Shown here piece by piece: positions 10,169-20,903 of a stretch of 64,000 nucleotides of DNA; within the stretch, counting starts at the first letter, position 1, and each line of letters starts with the position of its first letter. The notes under the pieces were generated by a model. That model was not told where the DNA came from. It saw only the letters and a list, made by a program, of their open reading frames with translations, and searched no databases. The stretch is from positions 362,143-426,142 of the forward strand of contig CAWEWF010000004.1 in assembly GCA_963812605.1 (NCBI GenBank). Direction: 5' to 3'. Source of the stretch: an uncultured Verrucomicrobiae bacterium (GTDB lineage: Bacteria; Verrucomicrobiota; Verrucomicrobiia; Palsa-1439). A program made the translations under genes and the position numbers.

Positions 10169-11023
10169 TTAAATCACGTCCGCGAAAGCGGCTTTGGTGC
10201 GCATGAAGAAGGCGTAGCCGAGCGTCATGGCGACGAAACAGGCGAGCAGCACAATCAGATAGCGGTCCCACACCGGCGCGATGCCCCAGAGCACGGCGTT
10301 GCGCGCCTGGTCAATCACCAGCGCGAGGGGGTTATACCGCACTATCGGCAACAAGTTGGGCGGAACCTTGCTGATCGAATAAAAGATCGCGCTGGCGTAC
10401 ATGATAATGACCATTATTACCGGCACGGCGGCATTGATGTCGCGCACGAACACGCCGAGGCTGGCCAGAAACCACGACAGGCCAAGACACAACAAGATCA
10501 GCGGCAACAGAATCAATGGCAGATAAAGCGCCGTAAGCGGAATCGAACCATGCGCCACCCACAAGCCGATGAATAGCGGCAACAAACTGATGAGCAGATG
10601 CGTGAACGCGGCGGCAATGGCGGACACGGAGAGAATTTCCAGCGGAAACACCACCTTGGTAACGTAATTGGAATTCGACAGGACCAGCGTCGGCGCGCGG
10701 CTGAGGCATTCGGCAAAAAAATCGAACAGCACCAGCCCGCAGAACAGCGCGAGCGTGAAATCCAGTTTGCTTTCGTTGGGATGGTTGCCCAGCTTCGACT
10801 CGAAAATGTAGCCGAAGACGACGGTATACACGGCCAGCATGAACAGCGGCCGCAATAGCGACCAAAAGATACCGAGAAACGATCCGCGATAGCGGGAGAG
10901 CACATCGCGCCTGGTGAGCTGCCGGATCAGGTCGCCGCGCTGCCGCAACTGGCGGATGATTTGCCACGGCAGCAGCAACTGCAGCCAAGGAATTTTCTTG
11001 TTGGCGGAATAGGTCGCGTGCAA
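10169..11023 (-). CDS. wzm: polysaccharide ABC transporter permease
   Basis: RYRGSFLGIFWSLLRPL, YVTKVVFP, YNPL, FADVI. Confidence 0.92.
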   Translation of the reverse strand: MHATYSANKKIPWLQLLLPWQIIRQLRQRGDLIRQLTRRDVLSRYRGSFLGIFWSLLRPLFMLAVYTVVFGYIFESKLGNHPNESKLDFTLALFCGLVLFDFFAECLSRAPTLVLSNSNYVTKVVFPLEILSVSAIAAAFTHLLISLLPLFIGLWVAHGSIPLTALYLPLILLPLILLCLGLSWFLASLGVFVRDINAAVPVIMVIIMYASAIFYSISKVPPNLLPIVRYNPLALVIDQARNAVLWGIAPVWDRYLIVLLACFVAMTLGYAFFMRTKAAFADVI

Positions 11024-11110
11024 GATTAGCCAATAGACCAGTCAATTTTTCGGGGGAATGCAAGCTGGAAATTGTCCCGCTGTCAGGTCGCGTGGCGGGA
11101 ATAAATATTC

Positions 11111-12505
11111 ATGAGCGCCGAAGTCGCCATCCGGGTCGAAAACGTATCCAAGAGCTACGCCATCTGGTCGTCACCGGCGGCGCGGCTCCATGGGCCCGTC
11201 CTCGGCCAACTCGGGCAGATTCCCTTCCTGCCGGCTCGCGCGCGCGATTTTTGCAAACGAGTTTCGCATGAGTCGTTCAAGAACTTCTTCGCGCTGCAGG
11301 ACGTGTCCTTTGAAGTGCGCAAAGGGGAGAGCATCGGAATTCTGGGCCGCAATGGCGCGGGCAAATCGACGCTGCTGCAAATCGTCGTGGGCACCCTGCA
11401 ACCGACCACTGGCTCGGTCACGGTCGACGGCCGGGTCGCGGCGCTGCTGGAATTGGGATCGGGCTTCAACCCCGAATTCACCGGCCGCGAAAATGTTTAC
11501 CTTAACGCGACCATCCTGGGATTGACCAAGGCCGAGATCGACGAGAAGTTTGACGATATCGCCGCGTTCGCGGACATCGGCGAGTTTATCGAACAACCGG
11601 TAAAGACCTACAGCAGCGGCATGCTCGTGCGGCTGGCGTTCGCGGTGCAGGTGCAGATCCAGCCGGACATCCTGATTGTGGACGAAGCCCTGGCGGTCGG
11701 TGATTCGCTGTTTCAGAAGCGCTGCTTCCAACAGATGGAAAAGCTCATCGCCAACGGCACGACCTTGATGTTTGTCTCCCACGATCAGGAAGCGGTCCGC
11801 ACGCTCACGAGTCGGGCAATCCTCTTGAAGGAAGGCCGCATGAAATCCCACGGTAACTCCGCGGAAGTGATCCTCGATTACCGCCGGCTCCTGCACGAGG
11901 AGGAAAAGGCGTATTTCAATCACGTTACGGAACACCTGAAAGCGAAGGCGGACGCGCGGAAAGTCGTCACTGCGACCGGTGCACGCAGTGACGCACTCTC
12001 GTTCGGCGATCTGGATGGAGAGGTCGTGGACGTTAAAGTCCTCGATGCCAATGACGAGGCAGTCTCGCTCCTGTATCCGCGCGATCTCCTGCGAATTCTC
12101 ATCGTGTGCAAGGTCCACAAGCCCCTGACCCACCTGAACGTGGGCGTGCGCCTCCGCAACAAGGAAGGAATCAAGATTTATTCCTGGGGAACGTTGAACC
12201 AGGACATTGCGATCTGGGCCGGACTGACGACGGGAGAAGTGTTTTGGGACCGGCACTTCGACGCGGGCGAAGAAATCCGCGTCGTCCTCGAAGGCGCCTG
12301 CACGCTGGCGCCGAATCTGTATGAAATCCAGGCCCACATCAGCGAAGAGAACGACCGTTACTACGGGTCGCAGCGCATCCTCCAGTGGCGCGACGAGGCG
12401 GCGTTTTTCCAGGTCAACATGCGTTACCGCGAATACTTTTTTGGCGGAATCTGCGATTTGCAAATGAAGGCCATTACCGATGCATCCATCTCCGGAAAAG
12501 TCTAA
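11111..12505 (+). CDS. wzt: polysaccharide ABC transporter ATPase with C-terminal carbohydrate-binding domain
   Basis: GRNGAGKS, YSSGMLVRLAFA, DEALAVGD; ~200-aa Wzt_C-like extension. Confidence 0.93.
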   Translation: MSAEVAIRVENVSKSYAIWSSPAARLHGPVLGQLGQIPFLPARARDFCKRVSHESFKNFFALQDVSFEVRKGESIGILGRNGAGKSTLLQIVVGTLQPTTGSVTVDGRVAALLELGSGFNPEFTGRENVYLNATILGLTKAEIDEKFDDIAAFADIGEFIEQPVKTYSSGMLVRLAFAVQVQIQPDILIVDEALAVGDSLFQKRCFQQMEKLIANGTTLMFVSHDQEAVRTLTSRAILLKEGRMKSHGNSAEVILDYRRLLHEEEKAYFNHVTEHLKAKADARKVVTATGARSDALSFGDLDGEVVDVKVLDANDEAVSLLYPRDLLRILIVCKVHKPLTHLNVGVRLRNKEGIKIYSWGTLNQDIAIWAGLTTGEVFWDRHFDAGEEIRVVLEGACTLAPNLYEIQAHISEENDRYYGSQRILQWRDEAAFFQVNMRYREYFFGGICDLQMKAITDASISGKV

Positions 12506-15252
12506 CCTGACCAGGCGGCAGGCCGATGATCTGGTTTCGCAGTCCTTTTCCGATACCCAACCGATCATCGAACAGGTGCTGGCCACGTGCGGCCTCGGCA
12601 AGATGCTCGATGTTGGTTGCGGCACGGGTTCGCTGGTGCGCCGTCTTCTCGAGCACGGCGTGGATGCTTACGGAGTGGATGCGGAGGAGGCGGCCGTTGC
12701 CCGGGCCAATGGAGGGGTGGCTGGCCGCTACCGGGTCGGATCGGTGCTGCACTTGCCGTATGAACCGGAGTCGTTCGATACGATCATTAGCATTGCCTGC
12801 CTGGAGCATCTTGCCGAGGCGGACATTGCGCCAGCAGCGTCGGAGTTGTACCGTGTCACCAAACGCTTTTTATATCTTCAGTTGACGGCACACGATCGAG
12901 CCTGGTGGGAAAACCACTTCTTTGCGGCGGGTTTTCGGCGACACCCACTTCTCCTGATGGCCGTGGGACTTCAATCGCTGAACACGAAAGCCGGGCCAAT
13001 CACACTGCTGTTTGAGAAGATTCCCCAAGCGGCCTTGCAGAAATACCCACTTGCCGCTCTCCAGACCGAAGGCAACTCGCCGATGGACGCGCTACGGCGG
13101 TCCGATCCTCGTTCCCACGCAGCGATTGCGCGCTACAGCCTCGCGAAGGATTACATCCGCCCGAATGATGTGGTCCTCGATCTTGACTGCGGGTTCGGCT
13201 ACGGCTCGGCGATCTTGTGGGACGGGTCGGAAGCGGCCAGGGTGATTGGCTTCGACCCGGGCCTGTCCGCCGTCGAATACGCGCAGGCAAATTTCTGCCC
13301 GCAACGACCAACGCTTGAATTCCGTCACGGCGACGCCGGCCAGTTGTCCGATTTCGCCGATGAGTCGGCGGACCTTGCCGTTTGCCTGGGAACGATCGAG
13401 AACCTGAAGGAAATCCGCCGCCTGCTCAAGCCGGGTGGTCGTTTGATCTGTTCCGCCTCGAAGGCGCAGTTTGATCTGCCCAAACTAACAGCGTTCGTCG
13501 GTAAACACCTATTGGTCGAACAGATCTTTGCGCAGATCGGCCAGCGCCTCGTCGAGGTCACGGCCAGCGCTCCTTTGCCCGATTCGGGAGGCGAGCAATG
13601 GCTGTTGATCGCGATGAAGGATCCCGTCGCAGGCCACAAGGCAAATTACGTGGAAACGGCTTTCCCGAGCGGCTTGAAACAGGAACTTAACATCACGGCT
13701 TTCGCGCGCGATTACCGCAACCCCTGGCTGGTGCGGTCGATGGTGACCATAGGGCAACGTTGCCGTTCGGCAGTATTGTTGCGGGACATCGCCCGCCGCG
13801 TGCTGGAAAGCGCGCCTTTCAGTTCGGCCGACGCCGGCGCTGCCCTGTGCGTTTCCGGTTACCTGCAACTTGAATCGCAGACCCCCGACGCGCAGGAGCG
13901 TGAACGGCTGGTCGACCAACTTCGCCGCTATGCCGATTCGAATGGGAAGACCGCCCACGCCGCGCGTTGGAGAATTTCCAATCGGTACCTGCTTGCGAAA
14001 CTGCTCCTGAGCGCTGGACACATTGCCCAAGCGCGCGAAGAATTCTGGAAATGCGCCCAGATGGACTGCCTCGTTTTCAGTCCCCTGCTGGCGACAAAGA
14101 CTGTCGACGCCGCATTTTGGGCGGGTTGGCTGTCCTCGCTCCAAGAACAACCGGATGAGGCGCGGATTGCCTGGCAGCAGGGCCTGAACGAAGCGCGCCG
14201 CGTGCTAAGCGGCAGTTGGGAAGAGATCGTGGGAAATCCCGACCGACCCGTCCTGTTTGGACTCCGCGAAGCGACCCTCGTGATGGATGCCGCGACGCAT
14301 TGCGCGAACGGACTTTATGCGCTGGAAAACCTGCCCCAGCGCCCCGGCTGATTCGGCGTCGCAGGTGCTTTACTCTTTGTCGAGCGAACTGAAGCGGCAG
14401 CAAGCGATTGGCTCGCAGATCAGGTCGTGGATTGGCGATCTCGAGCAGGCCCGCGACTGGCTGGAAAAGCAGCGAGTCAACTGGCAACAGGCAGCCCAGG
14501 AACAGGAAAAAATCGTCCGCGACCAGGGTACGCAGGCGAAGTCCCTGGAAGAAGCCATGCGCTGGCTCGAACAGCAACGCGCCGAATGGCAACGGGTCGC
14601 GGAGAACCGCGACAAACTGCTTAAAGAGCAAACGGCCTGGATCGAGAAGCGCGATCAGGCCGTGCGCTGGCTCGAACAACAACGCTCTGAATGGCAGCGC
14701 GTCGCGGAGAGCAATGACAAATTGCTCAAGGAACAAGCCGCTTGGATCGAGAAGCGCGATCAGGCCGTGCGCTGGCTCGAACAACAGCGCACTGAATGGC
14801 AGCGCGTCGCGGAGAGCAATGACAAATTGCTCAAGGAACAAGCCGCTTGGATCGAGAATCGCGATCAGGCCGTGCGCTGGCTCGAACAGCAACGCTCTGA
14901 ATGGCAACGGGCCGCGGAGAACCGCGACAAATTGCTCCAAGAGCAAACGGCCTGGATTGAGAACCGCAACCAGGGCATGCGCTGGCTTGAACAACAGCGG
15001 GCCGATTGGCAGCGCGTCGCGGAAAGCCGCGACAAATTGCTGAAAGAACAAGCGGCTTGGATCGAGAATCGCAACCAGGGTGTACGCTGGCTGGAACAGC
15101 AACGTGCCGAATGGGAGAGACTGGCCACGGATCGCAATTTGACGATCCAGGAGCAAGAGAAAACATTGGCGGAATTGCGCGAGAAGACCGTCCTCTTGGA
15201 GCAGCAACTTGCCGTGCATCCGTTGAAACGCTGGCTCAGGCGGTGGCGTTGA
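12480..15252 (+). CDS. tandem SAM methyltransferase plus coiled-coil protein, WbdD-like (probably one gene, frameshift near 14345)
   Basis: LDVGCGTG and LDLDCGFG motifs; the second ORF lacks a clear own start and ends HPLKRWLRRWR. Confidence 0.7.
14554..15130 (+). repeat. intragenic 105-bp (35 aa, 5 heptads) tandem repeat, 5 full copies plus a partial one
   Basis: Units start at 14554, 14659, 14764, 14869, 14974 and 15079; consensus AVRWLEQQRSEWQRVAESNDKLLKEQAAWIEKRDQ. Confidence 0.95.
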
Positions 15253-15305
15253 AGCCGGATCGACCCAACAACCCGAATGCGTGAGGCACCGAAGAGAAAC
15301 CAACG

Positions 15306-16346
15306 ATGCATGTGAGCATGCGGTCCATTCTGAATCTGTGGTTGTTGCCCCGAGAGGCGCGATCGCGCGTGGCGGTCCTCATCGATACCCACACCGGCGT
15401 GACCTCCGCCGAATACCTGGAGTTCCTCCATCCCTGGCGCTCGTGGTTGAACCTGGAAGCCGTGCTGGCCCTCAGCAAGCCTTTGGAGCCAGATGGTTTG
15501 AAGGGCTCGATGTCGCCCACCTGTCAGGCGGTCGTCATCGTGTCGGAGAGAGACGATTTTGTCAACGCAGCGCAACGAGAATGCCGGACACTCCATCTCC
15601 CTTCGGTGACCAGTGCCTACCCGTCGCAAGGCACACGGGCCGCTGCAATGCAGGCGGAGGTCGCCCATCACGACTACGAAACGGGAGGCCTCAATGAATG
15701 GGATGGCACTCCCGCGCAGTTCTCACCGTTTGTCCTCCAACACCTGAGCCCGGTTCATTGCGTCCGGCTTTTTCCCAGTTATGCGCTGCCATATATCCGC
15801 CGGTTGCTTCAGGAACAGCGTGGAAACCCGCTGCTGGCGATCGATATCGGTTGCGGTCCGATCTCACGTCTGCGGTGGGGAGCGCTGCAGGGACTACTGA
15901 CGATCACGGGTGTTGATCCGCTTTTGGAGATGTATCAAATCATCCTGCAGCGTCATGGAATCGCGGGGTTGCCGAAAATTTCCTGCGACCGGGAACTGTC
16001 CATCCTGGCGGAGGAACTGACCAAGTTCATGGCGCCGGGCGCGGTTGATTTTGTCTTTACCAACAATGCCCTGGACCACGTCGAGGATCCGCGCATCGTG
16101 GTCGAGCAAGTCGCGACCTGTCTCCGGGCGGGAGGCGTATTTGCCCTCGCGTGTAATACCCGCGAAGGCACCGCCCAAAAATGGTCGCAGATGCACCAAT
16201 TCGACATCTACCTTGACAAGAGCGGGCAACTCGTTTGCGAAACCCAGCAAGGGAAAGTGCGCTCCCTGATCCCACCGACACTGGCCCTGCGACAGGTTGT
16301 GGCCAACACGGGGACAGCAACGGTTGTCATCCTGGAACGGCAATGA
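15306..16346 (+). CDS. class I SAM-dependent methyltransferase
   Basis: IDIGCGP, GVDPL, NALDHVEDP. Confidence 0.85.
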   Translation: MHVSMRSILNLWLLPREARSRVAVLIDTHTGVTSAEYLEFLHPWRSWLNLEAVLALSKPLEPDGLKGSMSPTCQAVVIVSERDDFVNAAQRECRTLHLPSVTSAYPSQGTRAAAMQAEVAHHDYETGGLNEWDGTPAQFSPFVLQHLSPVHCVRLFPSYALPYIRRLLQEQRGNPLLAIDIGCGPISRLRWGALQGLLTITGVDPLLEMYQIILQRHGIAGLPKISCDRELSILAEELTKFMAPGAVDFVFTNNALDHVEDPRIVVEQVATCLRAGGVFALACNTREGTAQKWSQMHQFDIYLDKSGQLVCETQQGKVRSLIPPTLALRQVVANTGTATVVILERQ

Positions 16347-16496
16347 GACCGGGCATAGATGGCGAAGGCAAGGCGCTATTCACGCTCCACCGCCAGGCCA
16401 CGGCGGCCTTGTGTCTGGGGCGCGATCTGTTACAGTTGCGCGAGCGCAGAAACATCGTTTTGAGAACATTGGTTGCCGACATGAAGAGGCGAAGCC

Positions 16497-17186
16497 ATGC
16501 AGCATTTTTCTGATTTACGCGATGAGTACATCGCCAGGGTTGTCTCCGGTAAGACCTTTGCGGAAGTCGGCGGACTTTGGGGCACCATCAACGAGAAAGT
16601 GTCGGTGGCGCACCAGAACGGCGCCACCTCGCTGACCATGATCGATATTCAACCGGAAGGCGGCGAATTGTGGCAAAAGTTTCACGAGCGAGCAGCGGAT
16701 TTGGGAATTACGAAGAATATCCAATGTCTGAGCCGGGATATCTGCCAGGTGGCTGAACGCGACGGAGTCGGCCCCTTTGATGTGGTGCATTGCTCGGGCG
16801 TACTCTATCACCATCCGAATCCCATGCACATGCTGGCGGTATTGCGCGGCATCACGCGCGAATACCTCGTGTTGACCTCGGCCATCACGCAAACCTTGAT
16901 CGAGAACGAGCAAGGGCGCTACGAAATCCCGTCTTCCGGCGTGCTTTTCGTCCCGGCACTCACCGATCACGAACGCTCGATCATGAAAACCTACTGGGAA
17001 AGCCAGGGGGCCAAGGGCCAGGGACTTACCGAGAAGTGCGCCTACGACATGGCCGACACGGCGCCGTGGTGGTGGCTGCCAACTTCAACCGCCCTGACGG
17101 CAATGTGTGAAGCCGCCGGCTTCAAGGTGCGCGCCGCCGCCCCAACGTGGAACGGCAACTCCTACACGCTCTTGTTGGCGGCCTAG
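16497..17186 (+). CDS. class I SAM-dependent methyltransferase
   Basis: FAEVGGLWG; FDVVHCSGVLYHHPNP. Confidence 0.85.
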   Translation: MQHFSDLRDEYIARVVSGKTFAEVGGLWGTINEKVSVAHQNGATSLTMIDIQPEGGELWQKFHERAADLGITKNIQCLSRDICQVAERDGVGPFDVVHCSGVLYHHPNPMHMLAVLRGITREYLVLTSAITQTLIENEQGRYEIPSSGVLFVPALTDHERSIMKTYWESQGAKGQGLTEKCAYDMADTAPWWWLPTSTALTAMCEAAGFKVRAAAPTWNGNSYTLLLAA

Positions 17187-17192
17187 AGATCC

Positions 17193-19409
17193 GTGACGAA
17201 CGGCAGCGAAATGAATCCTCATTCGTCAAACTCCCCTGAAATTCCCCGGTCAACCCCGCCAGCGGTCACCATTCTCACCCGCTTCGACGAGGACGATTCG
17301 ACGTTTGCCGAGACCGCGCAGTCCATTCTTGACCAGTCGCTGCTGGATTGGGAGTGGCTGATCCTGCGGCTGGCTGTTAACCCCACTGATTCGCGATCAC
17401 GGGAGGTCATTGATCGGTACCGGAACATGGACGCCCGGATCCGCATCATCGATATTCCAGGAAAGAATGGTGGCGCGGTATGGAACCGTGGCTTTCAGGA
17501 AGCGCGTGCACCATACGTGCTGCGGGCGAGCGATGGTGTTCAGCTGGATCGAACCTGCGCAGAGAAGTTCCTTTGGTACCTGGAATCGCATCCCGAATCC
17601 AGCTTCGTGGATGCACAGACGACAAGCGCGGATTCCGATCAGCCGCTTCTCATTGACGGGTTTTCCCAGGGACAACGGTTTCTCGAGCAACCGGTCCCGG
17701 TGGCGAGCGCGCTCATCCGTGTTAGCGTCCATCGGGCCGTCGGGGGTTACGATGAGACGCTGCCTGACGAATTTGTCGATGGAGACTTTTGGCTGGCATG
17801 CGCGGATCGTGGATATTGGGGTGCGACGATTCCGGAAGTGCTCAGCCGTTGCCGTGGCGTGGCGCAGGATGGAAACGTCGGCTCCAATGGTAACCGCGAG
17901 TTCCGCCAGCGTGCGGAAATGAAGTACCCCCGCCTTTTCAAAACTGGTATTCCCGCGATTGCGGAAGCCGGACACCCGGCTTTTGCGAGCGTGCCGGTGA
18001 CCCTCCCCTGCTCGAACCGCCTTCCCAAAACCAAACCGCGATTGCTTATCATCCTGCCCTGGCTGAACGTGGGCGGCGCCGACAAATTCAACCTGGATTT
18101 GGTGGAGCAAGTGACGAAACGCGGTTGGGAAGTCACGATCGCCACGACGTTGCCAAGTGATCACCCATGGCTGGGCGAATTCATGCGTTTCACGACCGAC
18201 ATTTTTCTATTGTCGCGATTTCTGCGTTTGACCGACCAGCCGAGATTTCTTCGCTACCTCATCGAATCGCGCCAACCCGAGGTCGTGCTGCTGACGCACA
18301 GCGAATTCGCTCAACTGCTGTTACCATTTCTGCGCGCCTACTGTCCCCAGCCCGTGTACCTCGACTATTGTCACATAGAAGAAGAGTCCTGGAAGAGCGG
18401 CGGACACGCCCGCGGCGCGGTGGATTACCAGGAACAACTCGATCTGGCGATTGTGACTAGCGAACATCTCAAGCAATGGATGGTGCGGCACGGCGCTGAA
18501 CCGGACCGAGTCGAAGTCTGCTACATCAATGTGGATCCGGATCGTTGGCGCCCCGATCCGGCCCTGCGCGCGGAAGTCCGACGTGAAATGGGGATTGGGG
18601 ACACGATCCCGGTTCTCTTATACGCTGGACGACTCTGCGAACAGAAGCAGCCAAAAGTATTTGCGAGCGTGATGAAGAACCTGCGGCAACATGGGCTGGG
18701 CTTTCTGGCCCTGGTGGCCGGCGACGGCGGGGATTGGCCGTGGCTGGAACAGTTTGTCGGGCAACACCACCTCGGCGAGTGCATCTGGATGTTAGGGGCG
18801 GTCTCCAGCGCGCAGATGCAGCGATTGATGACAGCGAGCGATCTCTTCTTCCTGCCCTCGAAATGGGAAGGTATCGCGCTCTCGGCGTACGAGGCGATGG
18901 CTTCGGGATTGGTCGTGGTGGGGGCGGATGTAGGCGGCCAGCGGGAATTGATTACGGAAGACTCCGGGGTCCTCCTGCCAAAAGCGGAAACCGCTGTGGA
19001 AGTCGATCGCTATACGACCGCCATCGCCTGCTTGCTCGCGGAGCCACAACGCCGCGCGGAGATGGGGCAACATGCGCGCGCGCGCATCTGTCAGCACTTT
19101 CGTCTGGACGCCATGGGCGATCGGATGTTGGCGTTGTTCGACAAGGCGCGGTCCCTACAGGCGACGCAGCCCCGTCCCCCGGTCAGCCGCGGGTTGGGTC
19201 GGGCTTGCGCGATTCAAGCCGTGGAATACACGCGACTGGATCGCCATGGCGACTGGATGTGGCAACAACTGAATCGGAAATCTTCCTCCGCCAAAGACGA
19301 TGAAACTCGGCCGGGAAGCGACGGCGGTAAGATTTGGACGAAACTTGGGCTTCGCGTCCTACCGCGACGGCGGCCGGGGCAAACCGCTCCGATTCCGCGA
19401 CGCGGATAA
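17193..19409 (+). CDS. GT2-like plus GT4 bifunctional glycosyltransferase
   Basis: Degenerate GT-A N-domain; GGADKF, GRLCEQKQP, EGIALSAYEAMASG. Confidence 0.88.
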   Translation: MTNGSEMNPHSSNSPEIPRSTPPAVTILTRFDEDDSTFAETAQSILDQSLLDWEWLILRLAVNPTDSRSREVIDRYRNMDARIRIIDIPGKNGGAVWNRGFQEARAPYVLRASDGVQLDRTCAEKFLWYLESHPESSFVDAQTTSADSDQPLLIDGFSQGQRFLEQPVPVASALIRVSVHRAVGGYDETLPDEFVDGDFWLACADRGYWGATIPEVLSRCRGVAQDGNVGSNGNREFRQRAEMKYPRLFKTGIPAIAEAGHPAFASVPVTLPCSNRLPKTKPRLLIILPWLNVGGADKFNLDLVEQVTKRGWEVTIATTLPSDHPWLGEFMRFTTDIFLLSRFLRLTDQPRFLRYLIESRQPEVVLLTHSEFAQLLLPFLRAYCPQPVYLDYCHIEEESWKSGGHARGAVDYQEQLDLAIVTSEHLKQWMVRHGAEPDRVEVCYINVDPDRWRPDPALRAEVRREMGIGDTIPVLLYAGRLCEQKQPKVFASVMKNLRQHGLGFLALVAGDGGDWPWLEQFVGQHHLGECIWMLGAVSSAQMQRLMTASDLFFLPSKWEGIALSAYEAMASGLVVVGADVGGQRELITEDSGVLLPKAETAVEVDRYTTAIACLLAEPQRRAEMGQHARARICQHFRLDAMGDRMLALFDKARSLQATQPRPPVSRGLGRACAIQAVEYTRLDRHGDWMWQQLNRKSSSAKDDETRPGSDGGKIWTKLGLRVLPRRRPGQTAPIPRRG

Positions 19410-19480
19410 GGTCGCGGGTCCGCCCGAAAGATTTTGCTTCCCTAATCATCGGGGATTTTGTTGAGTGACTTGAGAATACA

Positions 19481-20875
19481 GTGAAAGTGAAAGCACAACG
19501 CAACGGTCAACCGATGGTGTCAGTAGTGATTCTGTCCCACAATTACGGACATGATCTCGCCCGTGCCTCCCGCAGCGTTTTCGAGCAAACATATGCGCCC
19601 ATCGAGATCGTCATCCTCGATGTGGGCAGCGACGATAATACCTGGGAAGTTGCGCAGCAGATGGCCGGCGAGAACACGGGCATCCCCGTGCTCATGGAGC
19701 GATTGCCGAATGTCGGCCCCTCTCTTGCGCGCAACCGCGGCGTGGCGATGACCCGCGGTGAGTTTCTGTTGTTCCTCGACGCGGACGACTACCTGTCCCC
19801 CGAATACCTTGAGAAGACCGTGCCGATACTCGCCGCCAATCCCCGTGCTTCCTTGGTGTACGTGGACAGCCAGATGTTCGGCGATCAGACCGGTCGTTGG
19901 TCGCTTGGTCCCTACGATTTCAAGCGATTGTGTCGCGAGAACATGTTCCATTACTGCGCGCTGCTGCGGCGCGAGGCGTTCGATCAGGTCGGCGGCTTCG
20001 ATGAGGAGAACTTTGGTTACTACGAGGACTGGGAACTGTGGATCCGCCTTGGCAAACACGGATGGGACGCGATCCAGTTGCATGAGCCGTTGTTCTTCTA
20101 TCAAAGCCATTACAACACCTCGTTGATGTCCTACTCGAAGCGGCTCAACAAAATTTACCGCGCGTACGTCGTCAATCGGCACCCGGATCTCTACACCCGC
20201 GAAGAGTCGCAGGCGGCGCAGTCAACCCTCGCGGAGGCCCCCTCCGGTTGGCACAAACGCCCCCCGATGAAGGGCGTCGAAAACATGAAACTCCTGGTCG
20301 CGCAATTTCCTGACAACCGCCACGCACTCTATTTTCTCGGGCTGGCCTTCCTCCAGGAATGCCGGCCTCACGAGGCAGTCGCGATACTGGAGCACCTCTT
20401 GCAACTCCACCCGCAGGATGCCGACGCAAAGGTCGCGCTCCACAAGGCGCGACGGCTCGCTCCGTATTCCCGCGATCTGTCCGCGCTGGCCGTTGCGTAC
20501 ATGAAACGCACGAAACAATGCATCAACCGCAACGATTCCGAAGCCGCGCGCGATGAGTTGGCCCGGTACATTGGTGAACTGTTCGAGATTCCGGAAGACG
20601 ACCCGCGCTTGATGCAGGCTGCCGACGTTGCCACGAATCACATACTCGATGTCGCGGATGATTGGCAGCGGCTGGCGGAAGATCGTGAACGCCTCATCCA
20701 TGAATTGCGCAATTGGATCGAAGAATTGCATAAGGGCAACGTCTGGCTTGAGGAACAGCGGAAGTTTTGGGAGCGCAAAGCCAAGGACGACAAGGTCCGC
20801 TGGTGGCGAACTCCCTCCAAGTCGGTCACTCGTTTTCTTAAGAACGAACGTCCCGCCAGCAAGACGACGAACTGA
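19481..20875 (+). CDS. GT2 glycosyltransferase with TPR and coiled-coil tail
   Basis: VSVVILSHN, ARNRG, FLDADD, EDWELW. Confidence 0.9.
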   Translation: MKVKAQRNGQPMVSVVILSHNYGHDLARASRSVFEQTYAPIEIVILDVGSDDNTWEVAQQMAGENTGIPVLMERLPNVGPSLARNRGVAMTRGEFLLFLDADDYLSPEYLEKTVPILAANPRASLVYVDSQMFGDQTGRWSLGPYDFKRLCRENMFHYCALLRREAFDQVGGFDEENFGYYEDWELWIRLGKHGWDAIQLHEPLFFYQSHYNTSLMSYSKRLNKIYRAYVVNRHPDLYTREESQAAQSTLAEAPSGWHKRPPMKGVENMKLLVAQFPDNRHALYFLGLAFLQECRPHEAVAILEHLLQLHPQDADAKVALHKARRLAPYSRDLSALAVAYMKRTKQCINRNDSEAARDELARYIGELFEIPEDDPRLMQAADVATNHILDVADDWQRLAEDRERLIHELRNWIEELHKGNVWLEEQRKFWERKAKDDKVRWWRTPSKSVTRFLKNERPASKTTN

Positions 20876-20903
20876 CTCTGCGCCATCTCGCCCGGGGCAA
20901 TGA

